Assembly (NCBI GenBank): GCA_027031935.1
Contig: JALVPF010000093.1
Coordinates: forward strand, 1-47,631
Origin: Myxococcales bacterium
Lineage (GTDB): Bacteria > Myxococcota > B64-G9
Direction: 5' to 3'
Length of the DNA stretch: 47,631 bases
Shown: positions 20,401-29,252 of the stretch, in pieces
How positions within the stretch are numbered: position 1 is the first letter of the stretch
How the letters are laid out: every line of letters starts with the position of its first letter
Program-made: the position numbers and the translations under genes
The notes under the pieces: model-generated
Database searches by the model: none
What the model saw: the letters and a program-made list of their open reading frames with translations, nothing else
Told to the model about the DNA's origin: nothing

Positions 20401-22281
20401 ATCATCACAGGTGTTGCTGTCATTTGCCGTGTTGACACAACCCTGGTTCGCCACACAGGAATCGTCCGTACAATCGTTGTTGTCATTGCAATCGAGTGTA
20501 CCGGCACCGGCCTGACAGGTTCCACCCGAACAGGTATCCCCGGTTGAGCAAGGATCACCATCATCACAGGGTGCCGTGTTGTTGGCAAACACACATCCAG
20601 TCGCAGGTACACAGGAATCGTCCGTGCAAGGATTGGAGTCATCACAGGTCAATGTTCCGGCACCAGCCTGACAGGTTCCACCAGAACACACGTCACCAGT
20701 TGTACATGCGTTGCCATCATCGCATGGTGCGGTGTTGTTAGCATGCTGACATCCAGATACGGGATCGCATGTATCCGTAGTGCATGGGTTACCACTATCG
20801 CAGTTCAGTGCAGTGCCTGCCACACAAGAGCCGGCAGAACAGGTCTCGGTACCATTGCAAACGTTTCCGTCATCGCAATCCGAGTCGTCACCGCAGGTAT
20901 TGCAACCAGGGTCCTGTGCATCCGAAAGCTGGTTGCAATTGTTGTCAACACCATCTGAACACACCGGATCACCGGCTGGACCTTCGAATGCTCCCGGGTT
21001 AATGGCAGCCACATCATCGTTACAGTCGTCACCACCACAATTTTCATCGATGTAACCATCGGAATCCGCATCCTTTGGAAGACCAGAGCATACCCCGTTA
21101 GAGCAAGTGTCGCCGGTTGTACAGCTATCACCATCGTCACATGGGGAGGTATTGTAGGTGTGGCTGCAACCATTCACAGGATCACAGGTGTCATCGGTGC
21201 ACGGGTCACCATCATCACAATCAAAAGCTGCCTCACCGGACACGCACTGACCGGCCTGACAATGATCTCCATCCGTACATGCGTTTCCATCGTCACAAGA
21301 AGCTGTGTTGTTGGCATGTACACAACCCAGACCCTGTACACAGGAGTCATCGGTACAATCCTCGTGATCGTCACAATCCCTCGCAGCACCAGCCTGGCAT
21401 GCTCCATCAGCACAGGTATCACCCACTGTACAGTCATCTCCATCATCACAGGGGTCGGTGTTGTTTTCGTGTTGGCAACCATTTGCTACGTCGCATGAAT
21501 CAGTGGTGCAGTCATTGCCGTCATCACAGTTCAAGGCAGTGCCATGGCATGAACCCTGGTCACAGGCGTCGTTTTCCGTACACGCGTTCTCGTCGTCACA
21601 TGGAGCTATGTTGAAAGAATGAACACATCCTAAGGAATCATCACAGCTGTCCTCGGTACATGGGTTGTTATCATCACAATCAACGCTCGAATCTCCAACA
21701 CAAACACCGTTGGAACAATGGTCGTTGGAAGAACAAGCCTGTCCGTCGTCACATTCGTTGGAGTTGGGAGAATACACGCAACCAGAGGCGGGATCGCATG
21801 AATCATCCGTACATTCGTTTCCATCATCGCAGGTCAAGGCATCTCCGCCCACACAGGAGCCATTGGAACACACGTCGCCTATGGTGCAAGCGTTATCGTC
21901 ATCACAGGGCGCGCTATTGGGGATATAGACGCAGCCTTCGGAGTCATCGCAGGAGTCGTTTGTGCAAGGATTGCCGTCATCGCAACCAACAGCTGTCCCG
22001 GAACATACTCCATCGGAACATACATCGTTTTCAGAGCAAGCCTGACCATCGTCACAGGGAGCCGTGTTGTTTGTGTTTACGCATTTTCCCTGCACACATG
22101 TATCATCCGTACACGGGTTTTCATCGTCGCATTGTGCAGCAGATGTACACTCCACATTACCACCATCACCACCGTCTATGCCACCATCTTCAGGGTTGGT
22201 GCCTCCATCGGAACATCCACCAATGGCCAGCATCAAGGCCAAGGTCAGTCCCATGAATAAACTGGTTGATAGGCGTCTCAT
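17443..22281 (-). CDS. Giant Cys-rich repeat lipoprotein with C-terminal matrixin (M10-like) metalloprotease
   Basis: Lipobox IGG|C. 23 CDDxN/DxCT/S..D.C..G.C repeats and two DxDxDGY..DCxD..INPGAxE..DGxDNNCN motifs. Then a duplicated beta module, a CARDB-like domain (ESDETDN), HEEGHLLGLDH and Met-turn ATMY. Confidence 0.88.
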   Translation of the reverse strand: MRRLSTSLFMGLTLALMLAIGGCSDGGTNPEDGGIDGGDGGNVECTSAAQCDDENPCTDDTCVQGKCVNTNNTAPCDDGQACSENDVCSDGVCSGTAVGCDDGNPCTNDSCDDSEGCVYIPNSAPCDDDNACTIGDVCSNGSCVGGDALTCDDGNECTDDSCDPASGCVYSPNSNECDDGQACSSNDHCSNGVCVGDSSVDCDDNNPCTEDSCDDSLGCVHSFNIAPCDDENACTENDACDQGSCHGTALNCDDGNDCTTDSCDVANGCQHENNTDPCDDGDDCTVGDTCADGACQAGAARDCDDHEDCTDDSCVQGLGCVHANNTASCDDGNACTDGDHCQAGQCVSGEAAFDCDDGDPCTDDTCDPVNGCSHTYNTSPCDDGDSCTTGDTCSNGVCSGLPKDADSDGYIDENCGGDDCNDDVAAINPGAFEGPAGDPVCSDGVDNNCNQLSDAQDPGCNTCGDDSDCDDGNVCNGTETCSAGSCVAGTALNCDSGNPCTTDTCDPVSGCQHANNTAPCDDGNACTTGDVCSGGTCQAGAGTLTCDDSNPCTDDSCVPATGCVFANNTAPCDDGDPCSTGDTCSGGTCQAGAGTLDCNDNNDCTDDSCVANQGCVNTANDSNTCDDGNGCTSSDHCSGGICVGTGISCDDSNICTDDSCDPQLGCVHTNNSEACNDGDACTENDMCVGGNCTGTIRDQDSDGYGDGTGACTGDDCDDSNPDINPGATEACDGIDNNCNRIIDEGCASCDTAVPEGLLQIDNGFPLTSYGLNAGDEAINAFFINSSSYNAISVDVYFYDFSGGSGNAQGSYSLHVYADNDGLPGTELASAGPDTVTEAWDAPHTFTLSSPVGFTNGELLWVGVRSEADQTTNLFLPLMDGGIADTYAGGVLKQQSDGQYYGVLGNWLIRVQGCGEGPWLELSDHAESQTPLPAGGSITSTATLKNRGFDDSATVSGVLSSGAPEMVLTSDTANFGTITAGATAAGSPAYGISADATAYGIYGMVLNSSDGPNSWVTSYGVYVQGSGCVTENHVLATDNDTPKYIIPPAAGDETGNYFVVDSTSFAMTSADVSFLYNNSSGSGTGTFRLKVYTYQAGYPDKLIYQSNWQSVTANGGGTPTVETFSLPTPLTFKTGDTFFVVVESQTDLSATDFAVLSDDGDTQNNSQMNGYLWDESEGTWSPIYSSFIIKVNGCQSTELVYDSLTSTPDPIQKGQSATLNITVKNDGAQDATGVTGTLSSSDPDVTVTTATRSFGTVSAGSTATANGFVINVSASADAFQYVLDLELTDGTTTWNDQVPIQLAGGTKNISIQNFTATLVGNDIQYHWDVVNTGNVDVINSFQVDLYTDRASAPGVGDAGDWSDNPTGLAVGESKPYDLVWQNAPNGSYTAWVQADTNDAIAESDETDNVDGPQPVTVGDATTFELLDPPRKWFDSDMPVGFRFVANNYEGDLGQTSTRDAIRNGFDQWQNVATATITFNELSQASAGSGGFINDGYNTMSFEDPDGELASGVLGATLPIYNSQTTTTNGVTFYRITDADIVFNDGVPFVRNGDPCSNQMDLDGVATHEEGHLLGLDHPDVFNATMYYAVDYCDMSKVSLAESDINGVSFIYPQ

Positions 22282-22826
22282 TTTGAACCTCCTGCAAACA
22301 AGGCCCGGACTTCATCAAGAGAGTGAAGGCTTACACCAGCCGGGTTTGAGCCCACAGCCTTTACTCCTGCTTCGGGCATATCCCGGATGACCATCTCCCT
22401 GCCTGTCTTGGCATCCGTAAACACCTTGAATTTGCCCATGTACAGTCCGATGGTCAAATACCCTTCTCCGTCCTTGCGGGGCTCCAAGAAAACCAGCACC
22501 TTCTCGCCCTTGGCAAACTTGGGAGCGCCATCGAGTTTGGCAAAGGTGTCACCCACCCTGCCTCCTATGGTTTTGACCACTACCGTACCCATCTTTGCGG
22601 GACCCTTGAGGATCTCCGTGGGGTTAATCCACACGCGTGTATGAATTTTTGTCTTGTCAGCATTCCAGCTGGCTTCCACCCGGTTTACTTCTCCCACCAA
22701 CACCACCTTCGCCACAGGCGCCATCTGGTCGATATCCATATTGACCACTACCGTGGCTGATGCCGGTAGCGCAATTGCCAGCGTCACTGCGGCGATGGCT
22801 ATTGAGACTTTCAGGTAACTACGCAT
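22278..22826 (-). CDS. Small secreted protein translationally coupled to the matrixin lipoprotein
   Basis: Signal peptide ending ASA|T, AGGAG RBS, ATGA overlap. Motifs VVLVGEV, GGRVG, GAPKF..GEKVLVFL. Confidence 0.8.
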   Translation of the reverse strand: MRSYLKVSIAIAAVTLAIALPASATVVVNMDIDQMAPVAKVVLVGEVNRVEASWNADKTKIHTRVWINPTEILKGPAKMGTVVVKTIGGRVGDTFAKLDGAPKFAKGEKVLVFLEPRKDGEGYLTIGLYMGKFKVFTDAKTGREMVIRDMPEAGVKAVGSNPAGVSLHSLDEVRALFAGGSK

Positions 22827-22898
22827 AACGTCTTCTCCTTGAAAAATAATATTTGTTCGGATTTATTCCATTGGATTCAAACTCTTGATACCAACTTC

Positions 22899-22928
22899 AA
22901 AAGCCGGGGCGCCCCTGCGCCCCGGCTT
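22899..22928 (-). terminator. Intrinsic terminator after the 1287-aa gene
   Basis: Perfect 12-bp stem aagccggggcgc/gcgccccggctt with a 4-nt loop, ending in TTTT on the minus strand. Confidence 0.75.
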
Positions 22929-22941
22929 GATTTCGATGGCC

Positions 22942-25900
22942 CTAGTAAGCAACACCTGTATTGAACATGTCAGCGTGGAACTGAGGGAAGGACCCAGCAG
23001 ACTCAGCAGGGCCTGCCGTAGCCAGGATCGTTATGAGATTTCCATCTTTTGGATCCACGACGAGAATGTAGCCGTATCCAGCCTGAGAAGAAGCGATCCA
23101 GGTGGGAGAAGAATGTATCCACGCATCATCAGGTTGTGAAGTAGATATGGATGCATACCACTGTAAGGATCCATCCATCCCATAATTGAGTATGTATGCG
23201 CCGGCATGCAGGGTGGCTGAACCGTCATCGCCAAGGCCAAAGCTGCTCATCAACATGCCAAACCCACCAACAGCACCAGTTACCGAAGATCCATCATAGC
23301 TCAACAAGTAGAAATCTCCATCAGGCGACCTTGAAGTCATTCTAATCAAGGTATTGCCGTTTCCGTCAGGCATGGCCACAGGTGAACAGCCATCAACGTC
23401 CTTGGTGGCTCCACCGTTAGATATATCAATTGGGAACCCTGGAGCCGTGCTGCCGTCATCCAGGTTATATGCGTAGAGTATACCATCATCACAACCTATG
23501 TAGACCACACCGTCTGCTATGGCAGGAGACGAGTTGCATCCACCGCCAGTGGCAGCGCTTTCCCAAAGCACATCCCCGGCATCGACACAAGGAGCAGAGC
23601 CTGTGGCAGTCGTACAAAGGGCCACTACCTTGCCAGTGCCGACACCACCCACTCCGAACACCACCACCTCGTCAGATGCCGTGGTGAATCCGATGGAAGG
23701 AGAGCTGTCCACCCATGCGCCACCAGTATCGTAGTTGAACCTCTGCGTGCCGTCAGAGTTGAAGCCGAAGAAGCCTGCGCCCTGTGTACCGAAGAAGACA
23801 GCGCCATCTGTCAAACTCACTGCAGGAGTTGATTGGACCGTGTTACCAGCAGCGAGAGGACCAACCGAAATATTCAGGTCTATCGTGAAAGGATCAGGAT
23901 CATCTGCGGTAATATTAAGAGTATACCCATACACACCATTGTCAGTACCCACATAGGCTACATTTGGATCGGCAATCAAATCCATGGCTACCGAGCTTTT
24001 GGCATAAACACCACTTACCGGCAAATCATCATCCGATTCCGCAAAACCTGGTTTGGTCACATTCACCCATCCATAACTATCAATGGTCCACACGTAGCTG
24101 GCAGAATCCATTGCTGGTGTAGACGTTCCACCGTAAACATAAGACTGGGCGACAACCAGGCCAGGACCTTCCCAGCCGGGAGAGCAGTTGTTCAGTGTGC
24201 GACGGTAGAAATCCACTGCGTTATCATCCGTGTCATCATGAGCCGCATCACGGCTGAGGCAATACATCACGCCACCAGAGGGATCCGCAGCAGGTGCCGC
24301 GTGAGTGTAATCCGCACCTTCTCCTGCGAAGTTATCCGTATCGCTGAATGTATCGTATGCCAGGGCGTCTACCACCTGCGTGCCCAACCATCTTACCTGT
24401 ACGCTGTCAGGACCATTCTGCAGGTCCACGTCATTGGTCAGAAGGTCAGCCTCTGCCACCAGCGCCGCATCTCCGTTGGGCCGGGCTATTACGAAATGAC
24501 CGTCTGAAGGCATGGTGTATCCATCCAGTGGAATAACCACATAATCGGGGTTGGACGCACTCGAGTTACCATTTACCCCCACCACTGAGTAGCCGGTGAG
24601 ATCCTGGCCTGCGGTTCCATAGAGTTCTATGAACAGGAAGTTTCCATCCTGGGTATCGGTGCCTTCGTTGTTATACAGCACCTCGTTTATCAACACCGTG
24701 CTCGGGGCCGTGTCTGAGAAACAAGAGGCGTTGTAACAAACCGGGGTCGCACCGGAACAAGTTGTCTGGGTTCCCCATTCCAGGCATTCGTCCGAATCGA
24801 AGTTGGCAGCGCATACCTCGACGGTGTTTCCATTACACTGTGTATCGTTCAAGGCAGGGCAATCATCTGTGCATACAACCTGGCAACCCGTGACGCCGTT
24901 GCCATCATCTCCACACTGCTCGCCATAGCCACAGGCCAGGGGAGTGCTCAGGTCAAGACAGCTGTCCGAATCATATTCACCACAGATGCGGTAGGTCTTG
25001 CCCGTAGGGTCATCAGCAGAGCATACTATAGTCCCATTGGTATCACACTCATCGGAACAGGTAGCAGCGCAGACACCGTTGGAGCAAACTTCTCCATCGG
25101 GACAAGCGACCGGATTATCCGTGTTCCACTCCATGCATGGGTCCCCATCCCATTCACCACACTCCTCTGTGCCCGAACCATCAGGTGTACATCTCAAGGA
25201 ACCAGTGGGTAGACAATCATCTGTACAATCCAACACGCACTGAGAAGTGGACGGGTCACAAGCATAATACTGCTGGCAATTGACCGGGGTTCCCCACTCC
25301 AGGCAAGGATCGGCATCCCAGTTGGCAGCACACACCTGGTAGCCGCTCAGGTCGTTGGTGCACTGCTGGGCGCCACCGGAAGGACACTCATCCGAACAGG
25401 TCAATACACAAGTTGCGGAAGCGGGATCACAGGCATAAAAAGCATCGCAGTTTGTCACATCAGACCATACCCAGCAATCCGCATTGGGATCCTGGGGATC
25501 AGCAACTGCCACACACTCGTGCCATCCGCCTCCTGAGCACTCTCTGTCACCTTCGTTGCACTGGGTGACGCACACCTCTGAGCACTGGCCACCTATGCAG
25601 GTCTGATTGTCATCACAACTGGTAATATCCGCGCTCCACTCCAGGCAGGAGTCGGCATCATAGTTACCGCAGGTGCGATACCCATTGCCATCACACACAT
25701 GGGCACCAGCAGTGTCACAATCATTGGTGCAATTCTCCACGCAATTGCCGTTTTCACATGTGTAACCACCCTGACAGGAAGTAAAAGAACCGAACTCCAG
25801 GCAAGGATCGTTATCGAAGTTACCACACACTTCCCAACCTACCTGACCATTGATCTCGTTGCAGCGCTTTTCACCTGTATCGCACTCGTCGCTGCAGGCA

Positions 25901-26760
25901 GTCTCGCAAGCGCCGTCCTTGCAGATCTCGTAAGCCGCACAGTTGGTAACACCTGACCAATCAAGACAAGGATCTGCATCATAGCTTCCACATTGCCTGT
26001 AGCCGTTGCCTTCGCAGATTTTCTGGTTGGGTGTACAATCATCAGTACACTCTGACGAGCAGGTGCCTGCCGAGCAGGTCTCGCCCTGCGGACACAGGGT
26101 CAAACCACCCCATTCCAGACACGAGTCACCATCGAAGTTACCACAGACCATGAAACCATTGTCCGGGGGCGCTGCGCAGGTTCGATCACCTTCTGCAGGG
26201 CACTCGTCTACGCACGATTCCACACAAGCACCCTCCACGCATGTCTGTCCAGTCGGGCAATTGTTCAGCTCGCCGTATTCCAGGCAGTCGTCGTCATCGA
26301 AGTTGCCACACACCCTGAATCCGTTTGCGCCATTTGTATCGCAAACCTTGGCATCTTCGCGTGTGCACTCATCACTACAGGCCGTGACACACTCGCCATC
26401 CTGACAAACCTGGTCTACACCGCAGCTTATGGCAGGTGTCCACTCGAGGCAGGTGTCGCCGTCGGGATCGCCACATTCCTGATACTGGGAGGTGGATCCG
26501 GGCGCACACTGTTTCTCGCCCATCATGCACTCGTTCTGACACGCTACACATTGACCGGCAGCACAATACTGGCCGGCCATGCAGGAATTCCCACAGGCCC
26601 CGCAGTTATCCCGGTCTGTAGCCGTATCAACACACTTGTCAGCGCAACTCGACTGCCCCACGGGACAATCTGTACCGGAATCGCCGGAGCAGCCACTGGA
26701 GACAAAGGCTCCCACAGCCAAAACGCCAAGAAAGAAATTCATCAGTTTGGACTTCATCAC
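22942..26760 (-). CDS. Giant Cys/Asp-rich repeat lipoprotein with lamin-tail domain and C-terminal PQQ-like beta-propeller
   Basis: GGAGG RBS before GTG 26760/ATG 26757 and lipobox SSG|C. Contains CVD..TD.DNCGACGN.C, eleven ~50-aa CGx[FYW]DxDxCLE[WYF] repeats, VLINEVLYN..FIELY (LTD) and repeated SSPA/STPA blades. Confidence 0.85.
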   Translation of the reverse strand: MMKSKLMNFFLGVLAVGAFVSSGCSGDSGTDCPVGQSSCADKCVDTATDRDNCGACGNSCMAGQYCAAGQCVACQNECMMGEKQCAPGSTSQYQECGDPDGDTCLEWTPAISCGVDQVCQDGECVTACSDECTREDAKVCDTNGANGFRVCGNFDDDDCLEYGELNNCPTGQTCVEGACVESCVDECPAEGDRTCAAPPDNGFMVCGNFDGDSCLEWGGLTLCPQGETCSAGTCSSECTDDCTPNQKICEGNGYRQCGSYDADPCLDWSGVTNCAAYEICKDGACETACSDECDTGEKRCNEINGQVGWEVCGNFDNDPCLEFGSFTSCQGGYTCENGNCVENCTNDCDTAGAHVCDGNGYRTCGNYDADSCLEWSADITSCDDNQTCIGGQCSEVCVTQCNEGDRECSGGGWHECVAVADPQDPNADCWVWSDVTNCDAFYACDPASATCVLTCSDECPSGGAQQCTNDLSGYQVCAANWDADPCLEWGTPVNCQQYYACDPSTSQCVLDCTDDCLPTGSLRCTPDGSGTEECGEWDGDPCMEWNTDNPVACPDGEVCSNGVCAATCSDECDTNGTIVCSADDPTGKTYRICGEYDSDSCLDLSTPLACGYGEQCGDDGNGVTGCQVVCTDDCPALNDTQCNGNTVEVCAANFDSDECLEWGTQTTCSGATPVCYNASCFSDTAPSTVLINEVLYNNEGTDTQDGNFLFIELYGTAGQDLTGYSVVGVNGNSSASNPDYVVIPLDGYTMPSDGHFVIARPNGDAALVAEADLLTNDVDLQNGPDSVQVRWLGTQVVDALAYDTFSDTDNFAGEGADYTHAAPAADPSGGVMYCLSRDAAHDDTDDNAVDFYRRTLNNCSPGWEGPGLVVAQSYVYGGTSTPAMDSASYVWTIDSYGWVNVTKPGFAESDDDLPVSGVYAKSSVAMDLIADPNVAYVGTDNGVYGYTLNITADDPDPFTIDLNISVGPLAAGNTVQSTPAVSLTDGAVFFGTQGAGFFGFNSDGTQRFNYDTGGAWVDSSPSIGFTTASDEVVVFGVGGVGTGKVVALCTTATGSAPCVDAGDVLWESAATGGGCNSSPAIADGVVYIGCDDGILYAYNLDDGSTAPGFPIDISNGGATKDVDGCSPVAMPDGNGNTLIRMTSRSPDGDFYLLSYDGSSVTGAVGGFGMLMSSFGLGDDGSATLHAGAYILNYGMDGSLQWYASISTSQPDDAWIHSSPTWIASSQAGYGYILVVDPKDGNLITILATAGPAESAGSFPQFHADMFNTGVAY

Positions 26761-27059
26761 TTTTGGTCCTCCATTTTTTTGATTTTGTCTGCAATAGTCA
26801 TGCAAACGTTTAGGTATCCAGTAAAGATTTCACACAACCTAGCACCTTTCCACACATTTAAGCAATGCAAAGATTTCAGGGGATGGAGACGGAAAAGATC
26901 CGGGGTTTCTTCATTTTTTCCGTTTTTTTTCAATTTCGGATATTTCAACGAGCACTTTCCGGACAGTTCCTTTATATCCAGCAACCTTTAAGGCTTGAAG
27001 ATACAGACCATTGTGCTACCGTCTGCCTTCACATGGAAACCACAGAACAAGGAGCACCC

Positions 27060-29234
27060 ATGGACACTCCTGAACAAAAAGGATCCAAGCTTCTGCCCGC
27101 AAATGCGTATACCAAGCTGGCGCCAGGAGAAGAATATCAACCCATAGTCCCTGCCTCGGATACTCGCGCTGAGGTCACTCCATGGTCCATTGGCCTTGGA
27201 ATCGTGATGGTGATGATTTTCACTGCAGCATGCGTGTACATAGCCCTCAGGGCTGGAAATGGCATCGAGGCATCCATCCCCATAGCCATTCTGGCCATCT
27301 TTTTCGGCATGATGAAAAAGACCAAGAGTACCATCCTTGAAAACGTGATGGTCCAGAGCGTGGGCCAGGCATCGGGAGTGGTGGCGGCAGGGGCCACCTT
27401 TGTAATACCTGCCTTGTACATAAACCGTCTGGACGTGGCCTGGTGGCAGATTTTTCTTGCCTGTACCATTGGGGGCATCCTGGGTGTCGTGCTCATCATT
27501 CCACTGAGAAAATACTTCGTCAAAGAACTCCATGGCGAGCTGCCATTCCCGGAAGCTACGGCAATAAACGAGGTCCTGGTAACCGGAGAGAGTTCAGCCG
27601 GCGGTGCAGGAAAAATTCTCATCATGGCCTTTTTGCTTGGTGCCGGATACGACTTTTTGGCAGAAGCCTTCCACCTGTGGAACCCGGCCATCTCCACAAA
27701 TGACATCCTTGGATCAGTGGGTCAGTCCATGGAGAGCATACGCATGGAGATACAAATAGCAGGCCTGGCTGCCCTGTTCGGTCTCGGTTATATTATCGGG
27801 ATAAAATACGCTTCGATCATAGCCTCTGGTTCGGTGCTCGCCATGCTCGTGATGGTGCCCATGGTTTACCTGTTTGGAAAAGACGCGGGCTCCTTTTCTT
27901 ATGCAGGTGGTGTTTTCGATATCGGCACCATGAGTTCCGGGAAAATCTTCGCGAGCTTCGTAAAACCCATTGGAATCGGTGCCATAGCCATAAGCGGACT
28001 CATAGGAATCATCCGCATGGGAGACATAGTGCTCGGCTCCGTGACCCTTGGATTCAAGGGTCTTTCGGGAAAGGGGAAGAAGAAGGAATCCGAGCGCACC
28101 CAGCTGGACATGGCCCCAAGAAACGTGTTGCTCATCCAGATCGTATCCACCCTGGCCATGGGTATACTGTTTTACATAGTAGCCTCGACGACATCGGTGG
28201 GAGGCGAGTCATACAGCGCCTCTGACAGCCTGATGTATGCGGTTGTGGGCATGGTCGCCGGCTTCCTGCTGTCTTTTCTGTTTACGCCGGTTGCCGCCCA
28301 GGCCATCGCCATCGTGGGAGTCAATCCAGTCTCTGGCATGACCCTCATAACAGTCGTGCTTGCCATAGGCTCCATGATCCTCTTCGGCCTGACGGGTAAG
28401 GCCGGCATGATAATCGCACTTGTGGTGGGGACCGCCGTATGTACCGCCCTGTCCACCTCTGGAGCTTTGATCTCCGATTTCAAGGTGGGATATTGGATAG
28501 GATCCACTCCACGGGCACAGCAACGATGGAAATTTTTGGGAATAGTCGTTGCCGCATTGGTAGTGGCATTCGTCATTCCCCTGATGGACCAGGCTTTTCA
28601 TTTCGTAATCCAGGACCCCACCACACAACAATTCATCTCCAACGAATCGGTACTTCCGGCCCCACAGGCAAACATGTTGGCAGCAGTATCAAAGGGACTC
28701 ATGGAAGACCCATCCCTGCAGCCATGGCTTTTGTACGGCCTGGGAGGCATCGTGGCAATCATGTTGTACATGGCAGGGGTGCCCATGTTGGCCTTTGCAC
28801 TGGGCATGTACCTGCCCATCTCCATCAACATGGCCGTGTTGCTCGGAGCAGCCACAGCGTGGATCATCTCCAGGACGGGAAAAAGCGACGAGGTAAAAAA
28901 AGCCAGGGCAGAACAAGGCACACTCATCGCATCTGGAATGATGGCAGGAGCTGCCATTTTCGGAATACTCACTGCCGTGATGCGCTTGCCTGACATGGGC
29001 GCGCTCATACAGTACATCAGCGTTGGGGTAAAATTCGAGGTGGTCGATGGGCTATTGAAGGAGACCGCCAGCGAATGGTTCAAAGGCAGCACAGGTCAAC
29101 TTGTAAGCCTGGGCATGCTCGTGATCTTGGCACTGGCCTGTTATGCCTTGGCGCGACTGGGTGCAAACTGGCAGTTGAAAAAAAATCCGTTACCGCCAAA
29201 GCAGGACGAAGCACAAACAGATTCTCAAGAGTAG
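27060..29234 (+). CDS. OPT-family oligopeptide transporter
   Basis: ASIPIAIL, TILEN, LPFPEATA, NPVSGMT, DFKVGYWIGSTP..QQ, PAPQA, GMYLP. Start at ATG 27060 after AAGGAG. Confidence 0.93.
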   Translation: MDTPEQKGSKLLPANAYTKLAPGEEYQPIVPASDTRAEVTPWSIGLGIVMVMIFTAACVYIALRAGNGIEASIPIAILAIFFGMMKKTKSTILENVMVQSVGQASGVVAAGATFVIPALYINRLDVAWWQIFLACTIGGILGVVLIIPLRKYFVKELHGELPFPEATAINEVLVTGESSAGGAGKILIMAFLLGAGYDFLAEAFHLWNPAISTNDILGSVGQSMESIRMEIQIAGLAALFGLGYIIGIKYASIIASGSVLAMLVMVPMVYLFGKDAGSFSYAGGVFDIGTMSSGKIFASFVKPIGIGAIAISGLIGIIRMGDIVLGSVTLGFKGLSGKGKKKESERTQLDMAPRNVLLIQIVSTLAMGILFYIVASTTSVGGESYSASDSLMYAVVGMVAGFLLSFLFTPVAAQAIAIVGVNPVSGMTLITVVLAIGSMILFGLTGKAGMIIALVVGTAVCTALSTSGALISDFKVGYWIGSTPRAQQRWKFLGIVVAALVVAFVIPLMDQAFHFVIQDPTTQQFISNESVLPAPQANMLAAVSKGLMEDPSLQPWLLYGLGGIVAIMLYMAGVPMLAFALGMYLPISINMAVLLGAATAWIISRTGKSDEVKKARAEQGTLIASGMMAGAAIFGILTAVMRLPDMGALIQYISVGVKFEVVDGLLKETASEWFKGSTGQLVSLGMLVILALACYALARLGANWQLKKNPLPPKQDEAQTDSQE

Positions 29235-29252
29235 CAAGCCTGGGAACATACA

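Noticed and set aside
19900..26600. Recurring DNA words (catcgtcaca, atcatcacag) suggesting an array
   Set aside because: Explained by codons of the Cys/Asp protein repeats on the minus strand.
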